A stretch of DNA of 64,000 bases from PVC group bacterium (lineage in GTDB: Bacteria > Auribacterota > Erginobacteria > Erginobacterales > Erginobacteraceae): the NCBI GenBank assembly GCA_043804695.1, contig JAZDIV010000043.1, forward strand, positions 12,736 to 76,735. Direction: 5' to 3'. The notes below the pieces were generated by a model that worked only from the letters and a program-made list of their open reading frames with translations, searched no databases and was not told the DNA's origin. The position numbers were made by a program, and so were the translations under genes. This document shows positions 36,804-46,234 of this stretch, in pieces (the stretch's first letter is position 1; each line of letters begins with the position of its first letter).

Positions 36804-37520
36804 ATGCCGAAGCCGATTTCCATAGTGCTCCCTACCTATAACGAGAAGGATACTATCGAACTGCTGGTCAGGGAAATCGCCGCCAGAATCTCCGACGAAT
36901 CGGAGATCATTGTGGTGGATGACAACTCGCCCGACGGGACCGGCGATATCGTCGCCGCACTCGGCCGGGACGATCCCCGGATCACGCTTCTCCGGAGAAA
37001 AGAACGGGGTCTGACTTCCGCCCTCCGGGCCGGGATCGAGAAGGCCCGGCACCAAACCGTCATCTGGCTGGACGCCGACTTCGCCCATCCCCCCGAGACC
37101 ATCCCCGACCTGATCGCCGCCGACGAAAGCTATGACATCGTGGTCGCCTCCCGTTATGTTCCGGGCGGGCACGACGGGAGAAAAGCCCCCCTCCGGCGCT
37201 GGGCCAGTCTGGCTCTGAACCGGGTCGGAGGCTTCTGGGTCGGCTCCAAGGTCCGAGACTTAAGCAGCGGCTTTGTCCGGGCCCGCAAAACCGTCCTCGC
37301 CGCCCTCCCCTTCCAGGGGACCTACGGCGACTACTGCATCACTTTTTTGGTTCGGGCGGAGCGGAAGGGTTGCCGGATCGCCGAGATCCCCTATATCAAC
37401 TCGGAACGGGAGCGGGGCTACTCGAAGACCGGCTCAAACCCCTTGATCTTCCTCCGTTATGTACTATTATATCTGAAGACCATCTTCAAACTAAGGAATG
37501 ACCGCGGTGAAAAGATTTGA
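36804..37520 (+). CDS. GT2 polyprenol-phosphate glycosyltransferase (DPM1-like)
   Basis: SIVLPTYNE, IVVDDNSPDGT, LDADFAHPP, VASRYVPGG, ERERGYSK. Confidence 0.9.
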   Translation: MPKPISIVLPTYNEKDTIELLVREIAARISDESEIIVVDDNSPDGTGDIVAALGRDDPRITLLRRKERGLTSALRAGIEKARHQTVIWLDADFAHPPETIPDLIAADESYDIVVASRYVPGGHDGRKAPLRRWASLALNRVGGFWVGSKVRDLSSGFVRARKTVLAALPFQGTYGDYCITFLVRAERKGCRIAEIPYINSERERGYSKTGSNPLIFLRYVLLYLKTIFKLRNDRGEKI

Positions 37521-38697
37521 CGAAGCGCAAAGCCGGGAAGCCCTCCGCCGGGCGTCCCAGATGGCCGGCCCCGAGCCGGTCACCCCGGACGGGGTGGAGA
37601 TCATCCCCGTCTGCCAGCCGACCCTGGAGGGGAATGAAAGAAAGTACGTCATCCAGTGCATGGACACGAACTGGATTTCCTCCCGGGGCCGGTTCGTCGA
37701 CGAGTTCGAGGAAAAATTCGCCCGCTACTGCGGAGTCCGATTCGGGATCACCACCAACAGCGGCACCACCGCATTGCACCTCGCCCTGGCGACGATGGGG
37801 ATCAAGGAGGGGGACGAGGTGATCATCCCCTCCTTCACGATGATCTCGACCGCCAACGCCATCGCCTACCTCGACGCCGAGCCGGTGGTGGTCGATGTCG
37901 AGCCGCGGACCTGGAACATCGACCCCGACCAAATCGAAGAGAAGATCACCGAAAAGACCCGGGCCATCATCCCCATACATACCTACGGACATCCGGCCGA
38001 TATGGACCGCCTCCAGGAAATCGCCGACAAGCACGGGCTGGCTATTGTCGAGGACGCCGCCGAGGCTCATGGCGCCGAGTACAAGGGGCGCCGAGTCGGG
38101 AGCTTCGGCCAGATGGCGTCCTTCAGCTTTTACGCCAACAAGATCATCACCACCGGCGAGGGGGGGATGATCGTCACCGACGATCCAGAACGGGCGGCCC
38201 TTCTTCAGACCATGCGCAACTACGGGTTCACCCAGGAGAGGCATTTCTGGCACAAGGTGATGGGTTTCAGCTACCGGATGACCAACCTCCAGGCGGCGAT
38301 CGGGCTCGGCCAGTTCGAGCGGATCGACCAGCTCCTGGGAGCGCGCCGGGAGAACGCCCGGCTCTATAACGAGCTGCTGAAAAACGTCCCCGGGATAACC
38401 ACCCCCCCGGAGTCCGAAGACGTCAAGTCAGTTTACTGGATGTACGGGGTGCTGGTGGAAGACAATTTCGGCATCTCCAAGGATCAGCTCCGTCAGAAGC
38501 TGGCCGACCACGGCATCGAGACCCGTTCCTTCTTCATCCCCATCCACCTCCAGCCGATCTACTCCTACCTCATCAGCGATGACTACCCGGTCTCGGAAGA
38601 ACTGGGGCGGAAAGGATTCTACCTCCCTTCCGCCAGCAGCCTTCAGCCCCACCAGATCGAGTTTATCGTCAACATCATCCGCAACGCGCGGCCGTAA
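37498..38697 (+). CDS. DegT/DnrJ/EryC1/StrS aminotransferase (perosamine synthase-like)
   Basis: WISSRG, NSGTTALHLAL, EDAAEAHGA, FSFYANKIITTGEGG, YRMTNLQAA. Confidence 0.92.
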   Translation: MTAVKRFDEAQSREALRRASQMAGPEPVTPDGVEIIPVCQPTLEGNERKYVIQCMDTNWISSRGRFVDEFEEKFARYCGVRFGITTNSGTTALHLALATMGIKEGDEVIIPSFTMISTANAIAYLDAEPVVVDVEPRTWNIDPDQIEEKITEKTRAIIPIHTYGHPADMDRLQEIADKHGLAIVEDAAEAHGAEYKGRRVGSFGQMASFSFYANKIITTGEGGMIVTDDPERAALLQTMRNYGFTQERHFWHKVMGFSYRMTNLQAAIGLGQFERIDQLLGARRENARLYNELLKNVPGITTPPESEDVKSVYWMYGVLVEDNFGISKDQLRQKLADHGIETRSFFIPIHLQPIYSYLISDDYPVSEELGRKGFYLPSASSLQPHQIEFIVNIIRNARP

Positions 38698-38720
38698 CCC
38701 CCTCCGGATTCAGACAGGAT

Positions 38721-38748
38721 TAACCCGATTTATTCATAAATCGGGTTA
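38721..38748. terminator. Hairpin after the aminotransferase gene
   Basis: TAACCCGATTTAT-tc-ATAAATCGGGTTA. Confidence 0.5.
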
Positions 38749-38998
38749 GTTTTGAACAATGCCAGAGATAGCGTGGATAGTAATTATTTATTGATCGTAT
38801 TATACTCTGGTCCAGGCACTTGTTAATTTCAATCTGATATTATTTGCATCATTGCCCGTAGAATTAAAGCGTCGGCTGATCGGGGAGGGAAAAACAGAGT
38901 GCTGCAGGCTCCTGAATTCTGGCTCCTGAGTAATTACTATTATTGTAGTTGTGTAGTTGTAGTTGTAAAATCCTGCAAATCCTGTAATCCTGTCTGAT

Positions 38999-40414
38999 AT
39001 GAACGTCCTGTTGATCAATCCTCCCTTCGATCCGGAGGAATCGGTCGGGGAGAGCAGATCGGTCCGTTTTGTCCTCAACATCACGCCCCCTTTAGGGCTG
39101 GCTTACCTGGGAGCGGTTTTGGAGCGGGCGGGACACCAGGTCCGGATCGTCGATTACACCGCCCGCTCCCCCTATCCTCCCCTCCCCAAGATTATTCAGG
39201 AGTTCGAGCCGAACTTAATCGGCCTGACCGCTACCACCCCCTCATTTGAGAGCGCCTGCCGTCTGACCCGGGAACTCCGTAAACTCCGCCCCGGCACCCC
39301 TCTTATGCTGGGGGGCGCCCACGTCACCTGCGCCCCAGAATCGGCAATGAAGAGCGGACTTTTCCAGGCTGGTGTGCTCGGCGAGGGGGAGGAGACGGTG
39401 GTCGAGCTGGCGAAGCATCTGGAAGATGGACGTTTCGTCAATCTTCATCGCGTGTCGGGCATCATTTTCTCCGAGGACGGGGATTGGCGCCGGACTCCCC
39501 CCCGTCCTTTTATCCTGGACCTCGACTCCCTCCCCTTCCCCGCCTATCACCTCCTCCCACCTTTGAGATACTACCACCCGACACCGGCATCCTACCGGCA
39601 GCTCCCGGTCGGGATCCTGATGACCAGCCGGGGCTGTCCTTTCAAGTGTACTTTCTGCGACCGGGCTATCTTCGGCAACACCACTCGCTTTCACAACACG
39701 CAAAGAGTGCTGGACGAGGTTGAGTGGATGCTCAATGAAGTGGGGGCGAGAGAGATTCGCTTCTTCGACGACACTTTTACACTAAAACGGGAACGGGCGG
39801 CCGGGATCTGCGACGGAATCCTGGAACGGGGACTGAAGTTCCCCTGGACCTGCCTGACCGCCGTCAGGGCGGTCACCCCGGAACTGCTCCGTAAAATGAA
39901 AGCGGCCGGCTGCTGGCAGGTCCTCTATGGGTTGGAGTCCGGCGACGACCGGATGCTTAAGCTATTGGGAAAGGGGAACACCGTCGAAGAGAACCTCAAC
40001 GCCATCCGGTGGGCCAGGGAAGCAGGGCTGGAGGTGCGGGGGGACTTCATCGTGGGAACACCGGGGGAGACGATGGAGAGCCTGGAGCGAACGCTCCGCT
40101 TTACCTTGGAGACGGGCCTTGATTACGCCCATTTCAACAAGTTCACGCCCTTCCCCGGGACCGAACTCTACCACCGGCTGGTGGCGGATGGGTACTCCTT
40201 CGACTTCACTCGGGGATGCAGCATCCTCGATCACGGGGCGCTCCTCTTTGTTCCGAAGTCACTCGACCGGGAGGAGTACCGCCGCTGGCTCGACCGGGCC
40301 TTCAAGAAATTCTACCTGCGCCCTTCCCACATCCTAAAGCGGCTGATGGCGATCCGGACCTGGACCCAGCTTCGGGGGCAGGCCCGGGGCGCCTTCGCCA
40401 TCGCCAGTCTATAG
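38999..40414 (+). CDS. B12-binding (class B) radical SAM protein
   Basis: PPLGLAYL, GGAHVT, GEGEET, TSRGCPFKCTFC, FFDDTF, GLESG. Confidence 0.92.
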   Translation: MNVLLINPPFDPEESVGESRSVRFVLNITPPLGLAYLGAVLERAGHQVRIVDYTARSPYPPLPKIIQEFEPNLIGLTATTPSFESACRLTRELRKLRPGTPLMLGGAHVTCAPESAMKSGLFQAGVLGEGEETVVELAKHLEDGRFVNLHRVSGIIFSEDGDWRRTPPRPFILDLDSLPFPAYHLLPPLRYYHPTPASYRQLPVGILMTSRGCPFKCTFCDRAIFGNTTRFHNTQRVLDEVEWMLNEVGAREIRFFDDTFTLKRERAAGICDGILERGLKFPWTCLTAVRAVTPELLRKMKAAGCWQVLYGLESGDDRMLKLLGKGNTVEENLNAIRWAREAGLEVRGDFIVGTPGETMESLERTLRFTLETGLDYAHFNKFTPFPGTELYHRLVADGYSFDFTRGCSILDHGALLFVPKSLDREEYRRWLDRAFKKFYLRPSHILKRLMAIRTWTQLRGQARGAFAIASL

Positions 40415-40528
40415 GTGTCGCGTCTTGACATTGGACATTACTTTCCACCTTCAATTTTATCCGATAGAATATGAATCAAAACCTGGAAAATATCTTGTAA
40501 TGTCCAATGTCAAGACGCGACACCTATA
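40410..40528. repeat. REPIN-like doublet of the RAYT repeat (32-bp perfect IR)
   Basis: Core 25-mer at 40414-40438 and inverted at 40500-40524. Confidence 0.9.
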
Positions 40529-41431
40529 TTATCGCCAGATTATTAACTCCAATTCCAGATCAATTCCGGATCTGTCTTTGACCTTTCTCCGGGCCAGTTG
40601 AATCAATTCTTCTACTTCAGCGAACCGGGCGGAACCCCGGTTGACGATAATGTTGGCGTGCTTATCCGATATCTGGGCGTCCCCGATCCTTTTCCCTTTC
40701 AATCCCGCCGCCTCAATCAACCGTCCGGCGTAATCACCGGCAGGATTCTTGAAGACCGACCCGGCGCTGGGGTACTCGAGCGGGAGGAACTTTTTTCTTT
40801 GGCTGAGAACGTCCTTCATCTCTGATTGAATCGCGACCGGATCCCCGGGACAAAGGCTGAACTCCACCTCCAGGATCACTCCCCCCTCCTTTTGAAAACG
40901 GCTGGAACGGTAACCAAACCGGCATTGATCGGCTTTCATCTCTCTCTCCCCGACGCAGGGCTGATGGACCCGGACCCTGCGGACAACCCCGGAGACCTCC
41001 TCCCCTCTCCAGCCGGCGTTCATCACCGCCGCCCCCCCGACCGTCCCCGGAATGCCGGCCGCGAACTCCAGCCCCGATAACCCCCTCTCCGCCGCCGCCT
41101 GGGCGAGCCGGGTTAACGCCATCCCGGCCGGTGCCGTCACCCGGGTCCCCTGAAAGGCCAGATCTTCGGGCCGCCATTTCGGTTTAATGACAACGCCTTC
41201 CACTCCCCGATCGTCCGCCAGCAGGTTGGTTCCTCCTCCCAGGATCCGGAAAGAGAGGTTTCTTTCGCTCAGCAGATCGAGGCACCTGATGAGATTGTCT
41301 CTGTCGGCGGGGATGATGAAGATCTCCACCGGCCCGCCGATGGCGAGGGATGTATGCTTCCGCATCTCCTCGCCCGGTGTCGCGTCTTGACATTGGACAT
41401 TACTTAAGATGCTTTGTATATCTTTGCTCAT
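40529..41431 (-). CDS. murB: UDP-N-acetylenolpyruvoylglucosamine reductase
   Basis: HTSLAIGG, GGGTNLL, GIPGTVGGAAVMNAG, FGYRSS, PSAGSVFKNP, KHAN, LELE. Confidence 0.95.
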   Translation of the reverse strand: MSKDIQSILSNVQCQDATPGEEMRKHTSLAIGGPVEIFIIPADRDNLIRCLDLLSERNLSFRILGGGTNLLADDRGVEGVVIKPKWRPEDLAFQGTRVTAPAGMALTRLAQAAAERGLSGLEFAAGIPGTVGGAAVMNAGWRGEEVSGVVRRVRVHQPCVGEREMKADQCRFGYRSSRFQKEGGVILEVEFSLCPGDPVAIQSEMKDVLSQRKKFLPLEYPSAGSVFKNPAGDYAGRLIEAAGLKGKRIGDAQISDKHANIIVNRGSARFAEVEELIQLARRKVKDRSGIDLELELIIWR

Positions 41432-41478
41432 GAGTACCTATTTGAAGCGGTAATGTCCAATGTCAAGACGCGACACCG
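41375..41478. repeat. REPIN-like doublet of the RAYT repeat (29-bp IR); both arms inside coding sequence
   Basis: Core 25-mer at 41376-41400 and inverted at 41453-41477. Confidence 0.9.
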
Positions 41479-43186
41479 TTTCCAGGTCGATTATCCATTC
41501 CGCTTGATCAGGATCAAAAGAGAAGGCCCTCAGCTCGGATGGTGAAAATACCCACTGATACGTTCCCTTCATGAACCGGGCCATGTCATGGTTCCAGCAG
41601 AGAGGAGGAAGGCTCCGGGCGATGGCGTCATCAATATAGATCGGCCGCTCCGGGCTGATCCGGCCGTCCCCGATCCCGGCTTTGATATTCGAAAGCATCC
41701 GGTCCAGAGGAGCCAGCTGTTGATTGACCACCGAGAGATGGGCGGTCAGGAAAAGAAGGTTGAGCGCCGCTACCAGAGCTAACAAGAGATAGAGGAGATT
41801 CCGCATCCGGGGAAGGGCTCTTACCAGCCGGTCGGCGGCCAGGAGCGCGATCAGGATCACCAGGGCATTGGAAATATATTGATATCTGAACTGCCGGAGA
41901 ACGTAGATCGGCAGGTTGGTGGCCATCCGCCCATGATACAAGGCGAAGGTCGAGCTCAACAGCAGATAGAGCGAGAACACGAAAGGGCCGGGGTTGCGCG
42001 GGCGACGCTTTTTCCAGAGGAGAAAGAGCCCTCCGATGGCAAAGAGGATGATCAGACCGCCGGCGACCGCCAGAAACCGGTTGATCTCCGGGACGGCGTC
42101 CCGCCAGAGGCTGTCCAGATCGACCGCCTTGGAGATGATCAGCGGCGGCGCGACCAGGAGATTGACCGGCCCGTCCGAGCGGCTGGCGAGCAGGTCCCGC
42201 AGGACCGGGCTGGCTTTCAAAAAAACCCCTCCCTTTCCGATATTGTCCTGAATGAGCGCCGGGCAGGTGAGAAAGGGAGCGATGTTGGCAATAACCCCGT
42301 TGAAGACGAGGCTGACCGCCGTCACGGCGAGGCTGAACCCGATCGCAGAAAGGGAGAAGAAGGCCGCCGGTTCGGCGGCCGGAACGGTCACCGCGCTTCG
42401 GGAGCGGGCAAAGGCCATGATCAAACCGTAAAAAAGATAGAGTCCGCCGACCGCCATCATAGAAGCCCGGAGCATCGCCCGGAACCGTTCTGGTCCCCCC
42501 TCCGGTCTCCGGCGGGCAAAGAAAAGAATAAAGACCGCCGCCGGCCAGGGGATGAATACCTCGTAGCAGAGGAGGCCCGGGAGAAACAGAAGAACGGCGA
42601 TCAGCAGGTCTTCCAACCGTCCGGAGCGAAGGTATCTCCGGTAAGCGAGAAACCCCAGCAAGAAAAGGCAGAAACCGACGATCACGGCAAGGTGGAACGT
42701 CCAGGCAACAATATCGAAGTGAGAGAAGAGAAAGGCGAAAACAGCCAGGAAGGACATGGTTATCGCTCTCCCGCATCCGAAACGGCGGGCGACACAATAC
42801 ATCAGGACTATGCTGAAACAGTAAAAACCGAAGGTCACGGCATGGAACCAGAAATAGCGGGCCCCGAAGAAGAGGTGGAGGGAGTACAGAACCAGATGAA
42901 AGAGAGGCCGATAGGTCCCGTGCCCCCAGACATCATAGTTCGCGATGTTAACAATCCGTTCGAGAGCGGTTAGATTCTGATAGCCGTGAAAATGGTAGAA
43001 AAGACACCAGTAATCGCTTCGGGGGGGGTTGGAGAATGTCGGAAGGAAAATGATCAGCAAGGCCCCGAAGAGGAAGAGAAAATAGACCGCAACAACCAAC
43101 TGATTCCGGGATGCTGTTTTCTTCACCCTGTAACCTCTTTTGTCTTTCGCGCTTCCGATGACGGACACGGTGGGGCACAACAGCAC
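41438..43186 (-). CDS. Polytopic membrane protein, putative GT-C glycosyltransferase (family B)
   Basis: FSNPPRSDYW, YDVWGHGTYRP, QFRYQY, LCWNHDMARFMKGTYQW; true start may be GTG near 43126. Confidence 0.6.
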   Translation of the reverse strand: MLLCPTVSVIGSAKDKRGYRVKKTASRNQLVVAVYFLFLFGALLIIFLPTFSNPPRSDYWCLFYHFHGYQNLTALERIVNIANYDVWGHGTYRPLFHLVLYSLHLFFGARYFWFHAVTFGFYCFSIVLMYCVARRFGCGRAITMSFLAVFAFLFSHFDIVAWTFHLAVIVGFCLFLLGFLAYRRYLRSGRLEDLLIAVLLFLPGLLCYEVFIPWPAAVFILFFARRRPEGGPERFRAMLRASMMAVGGLYLFYGLIMAFARSRSAVTVPAAEPAAFFSLSAIGFSLAVTAVSLVFNGVIANIAPFLTCPALIQDNIGKGGVFLKASPVLRDLLASRSDGPVNLLVAPPLIISKAVDLDSLWRDAVPEINRFLAVAGGLIILFAIGGLFLLWKKRRPRNPGPFVFSLYLLLSSTFALYHGRMATNLPIYVLRQFRYQYISNALVILIALLAADRLVRALPRMRNLLYLLLALVAALNLLFLTAHLSVVNQQLAPLDRMLSNIKAGIGDGRISPERPIYIDDAIARSLPPLCWNHDMARFMKGTYQWVFSPSELRAFSFDPDQAEWIIDLETVSRLDIGHYRFK

Positions 43187-43194
43187 CGGGGACG

Positions 43195-44601
43195 CTACAG
43201 GTACCCGAGCGCCTTCAGCTGCTTCTTCAATTCTTCACTGGGCGGGGGAGGCTCGACAACTTTCTCAAGCCCCCGGGTAAATTTGTATTTTTCCGCCTTC
43301 GCTTCCTCCGCGGCCTTTCGCATCTTCTTTAACACTTCCGGTTTTTCGCCGGCCAGGTTTTTCTGTTCATGGGGGTCCTTTTCCGGATCAAAGAGCCATT
43401 CCGGTACACCTTGATATTTTTTGTCAGCATAAACATACCCGTCCTTATAGAACCTGAGTTCGTACCCCTTCCCCGCATGGTTGCTGACGATCAGAGGATG
43501 ATAGAAACCTTCGCCGGCAAGAAGCGGCAAAAAGGAAATTCCCTGTTTTCCGGGGGGGAGTGGGCTATCTGCCATCTGGCAGATCAGGGGCATCAGGTCC
43601 ACCAGACGAACATATGAGTCTATCCTCTTCCCGGCATATTTGCCTCCGGGAAACTTTATCACCAACGGTACGTGGAGGTGCTCGATAAAAAGGGTCCCAT
43701 GCCCCTTCGAGCCATGCTCGTAAAACTCCTCCCCGTGGTCCGATGTCAGGATAATCATCGAGTCCTTGTATATTCCTTTCTGTTTAAGCAACTCCACGGT
43801 CTTACGGAAGAGATGATCCGCTATTAATATCCCCCCGTCGTAGAGCGCGACCAAGTGGGCCCGCTGCCGGGGATCCGATATGTCCACCATTTTCCAGAAC
43901 TCGGAATTATCTTTCAGCTGCTCTCTGGTGAGGTCCCCGGGTCCGGTCGGTAGCCCCTCAACCGGTTCCTTGAGGACTGCGCACCGTAGTGCTCGCGGAC
44001 CGTGGAGGTACGGGACATGGCAGAAATAATGGTGGAGAAAGAGAAAGAGCGGCTTACCGGCCTCCCGACTTCGGTCTATCCAGTAGTTGATCTCGGGAGG
44101 GATTTCACCCGGCCGAGTTGAGTCCAGATTGAAGTCCTTTTCGTAGTAATCGAATCCTGTATCGAAGCCGTGACCGGCATCAACATTCCCGCCCCCATGA
44201 ATACCGACGGTCATATAGCCGTGATCGCGGAGAACCTCCGCCAAGGTGGGGTTTAAAGGCGCTAACCGTTGATTTTTTCCTCCCGTGTAATTGCTTACTC
44301 CGTGCACGTCAGGCAACAGGGCGGTGAAGATAGACATATGGGAGGGGGCGGTATGCGCGGACTGGCTGATCACATGCTCAAATAAAACCCCGTCATTCAC
44401 GAAACTGTCAATGAACGGTGAAGTTTCTCTTTCATATCCGTAACAGCCCAGGTGATCGGCCCGCAGCGTGTCGATGGAGAACAAAATAATATCAGGTGGA
44501 GGCGGGGGGTGGTCTTCCGAATAGGAAGACAATGGGGACAGGGACAGGAGGCAGGATGCCAGTGACAACACGATGACCTTACCATTTCGCCAAGTGAACA
44601 T
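43195..44601 (-). CDS. Exported sulfatase-like (alkaline phosphatase superfamily) protein
   Basis: Signal peptide, SIDTLRADHL, HTAPSHMSIFT, TSDHGEEFYEHG..GH, HVPL, ends LKALGYL. Confidence 0.85.
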   Translation of the reverse strand: MFTWRNGKVIVLSLASCLLSLSPLSSYSEDHPPPPPDIILFSIDTLRADHLGCYGYERETSPFIDSFVNDGVLFEHVISQSAHTAPSHMSIFTALLPDVHGVSNYTGGKNQRLAPLNPTLAEVLRDHGYMTVGIHGGGNVDAGHGFDTGFDYYEKDFNLDSTRPGEIPPEINYWIDRSREAGKPLFLFLHHYFCHVPYLHGPRALRCAVLKEPVEGLPTGPGDLTREQLKDNSEFWKMVDISDPRQRAHLVALYDGGILIADHLFRKTVELLKQKGIYKDSMIILTSDHGEEFYEHGSKGHGTLFIEHLHVPLVIKFPGGKYAGKRIDSYVRLVDLMPLICQMADSPLPPGKQGISFLPLLAGEGFYHPLIVSNHAGKGYELRFYKDGYVYADKKYQGVPEWLFDPEKDPHEQKNLAGEKPEVLKKMRKAAEEAKAEKYKFTRGLEKVVEPPPPSEELKKQLKALGYL

Positions 44602-44986
44602 GGTTAATACATGAGCGCCTGAGGCTCAACCTCGTAGCGCAGCCCTTCATGGCTGCCCATATCAGGCAGGGCTCCCTTCAGCAAGCTCAGGGTTTTCGGA
44701 ATGCCCTCCACTGTGTCAATTATTGAAATCCCGAAGCGGCACATTATCGCAGACGGCATAATGAATTATAGCATACGAGGGGCAGCCATTTTTATGCCGG
44801 CCCCGTTTAATATCGGCAATCCACTGAACATCCCTGATCACGGCTGATGGCCTCATGAACAGAAGTTTTGCTTTACCTCCCACCGGGAATGATGGTATAA
44901 AAATAATACTTTTTAAAAGCATTGATTTCAATCATTCGTCCACCGGACCTGGTAGAAGAACATACCAGATATCGGTATGACGTGAA

Positions 44987-46234
44987 ATGCTAAAGATCAT
45001 AAAGGATAGCACTATGCCGTCAGCATTTACATTCGTCACGACCGCCGGAATGATCCTCCTCTTCTGGACGGGGGCGAACACGCCGATCAACGCGAAGTCC
45101 GGTCCGGCTCCCGCGTCGAATACGAGCCAGGAGATCATACGGACTCAGATCGGCACGCTCCCTTATCTGCACGGCTACAAGCCTTCTCCCCTCAAGACCG
45201 GAGTAATACTGTACGACCGGAGCCGGGCATACCAGGGACTGAACCTTTACGTATCCGGGGGCAAACCCCCGGTCATCTTGACGGACATGGAGGGGAACGT
45301 ACTCCATCATTGGGAGAATCGGCTGCCGGCGCCGGATTTAAAAGACGCCATTTTCAGGCATGGCCGCCTCTTCGCCAACGGGGATCTGCTGGTGATATTG
45401 GAGGACAGGGGCTTGCTGAAGATGGATAAGGATTCTAACACCGTCTGGTTCCTGCCCGGCCGATACCATCATGATTTTTCCATCGCCGAAGATGGGGACA
45501 TCTATGTACTGAAGCGGCGGGAGGCCGAGATCGACCTGGGATGGATGGATCTGAAGGGTCCTTTTACAGAGGATTATGTCGTCATCATCAGCCCGGAAGG
45601 GGTGGAGAAAAAGAGTATTTCGCTTTTGGAATGCTTCCTGCACTCGGATTACAGCCCGGTGCTCCTTAACATTCGATTAGAGGAACACCAGGGGGATAAC
45701 TTTCACACCAACACCCTGGAGCTTATCCCCGGGTCGGCTGGTGAACGCTTTCTCCCATTCCAAAAAGGGCATGCTCTGATTTCATTGCGTAACCTTCACA
45801 CCATTGCCGTGGTCGATCTTCCCGGGGAAAAAGTCACCTGGGCGCTCTCCGGGATGTGGGCCCACCAGCATCACCCGACACTGCTCCCCAACGGGAATAT
45901 ATTGCTTTTCGACAATCTGGGGTTGAAAGGGACATCGCAGGTCCTCGAGTTTGATCCTTCCACGCAGAAGGTTGCCTGGGCGTATCGGGGAAACACGGAC
46001 AACGGGTTCCGGACCGAGGACATGGGCTTTCAGCAGCGTCTGCCGAACGGGAACACGTTGATCACGGAGTCCCGCGACGGTCGGGTTTTCGAGGTCACGC
46101 CCGATAATGTGATCGTCTGGGAGTTCATCAACCCCCAGCGGGCCGCAGCCGACGACAGCCTGATTGCAGCTGTTTACGAGATGGAGCGCCTCCATCCCGA
46201 TGAACTTGCCTTCCTTGGTGAAAACAACCGTTAA
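44987..46234 (+). CDS. Arylsulfotransferase (ASST)-like beta-propeller protein
   Basis: YHHDF, DNFHTNT, ISLRNLH, HQHHP..LPNGNILLFDN, QRLPNGNTLITES. Confidence 0.8.
   Translation: MLKIIKDSTMPSAFTFVTTAGMILLFWTGANTPINAKSGPAPASNTSQEIIRTQIGTLPYLHGYKPSPLKTGVILYDRSRAYQGLNLYVSGGKPPVILTDMEGNVLHHWENRLPAPDLKDAIFRHGRLFANGDLLVILEDRGLLKMDKDSNTVWFLPGRYHHDFSIAEDGDIYVLKRREAEIDLGWMDLKGPFTEDYVVIISPEGVEKKSISLLECFLHSDYSPVLLNIRLEEHQGDNFHTNTLELIPGSAGERFLPFQKGHALISLRNLHTIAVVDLPGEKVTWALSGMWAHQHHPTLLPNGNILLFDNLGLKGTSQVLEFDPSTQKVAWAYRGNTDNGFRTEDMGFQQRLPNGNTLITESRDGRVFEVTPDNVIVWEFINPQRAAADDSLIAAVYEMERLHPDELAFLGENNR

Noticed and set aside
35711..41477. Six identical 25-mers as a possible CRISPR array
   Set aside because: Inverted pairs with irregular kb-scale spacing, no cas genes; explained as RAYT-associated repeats
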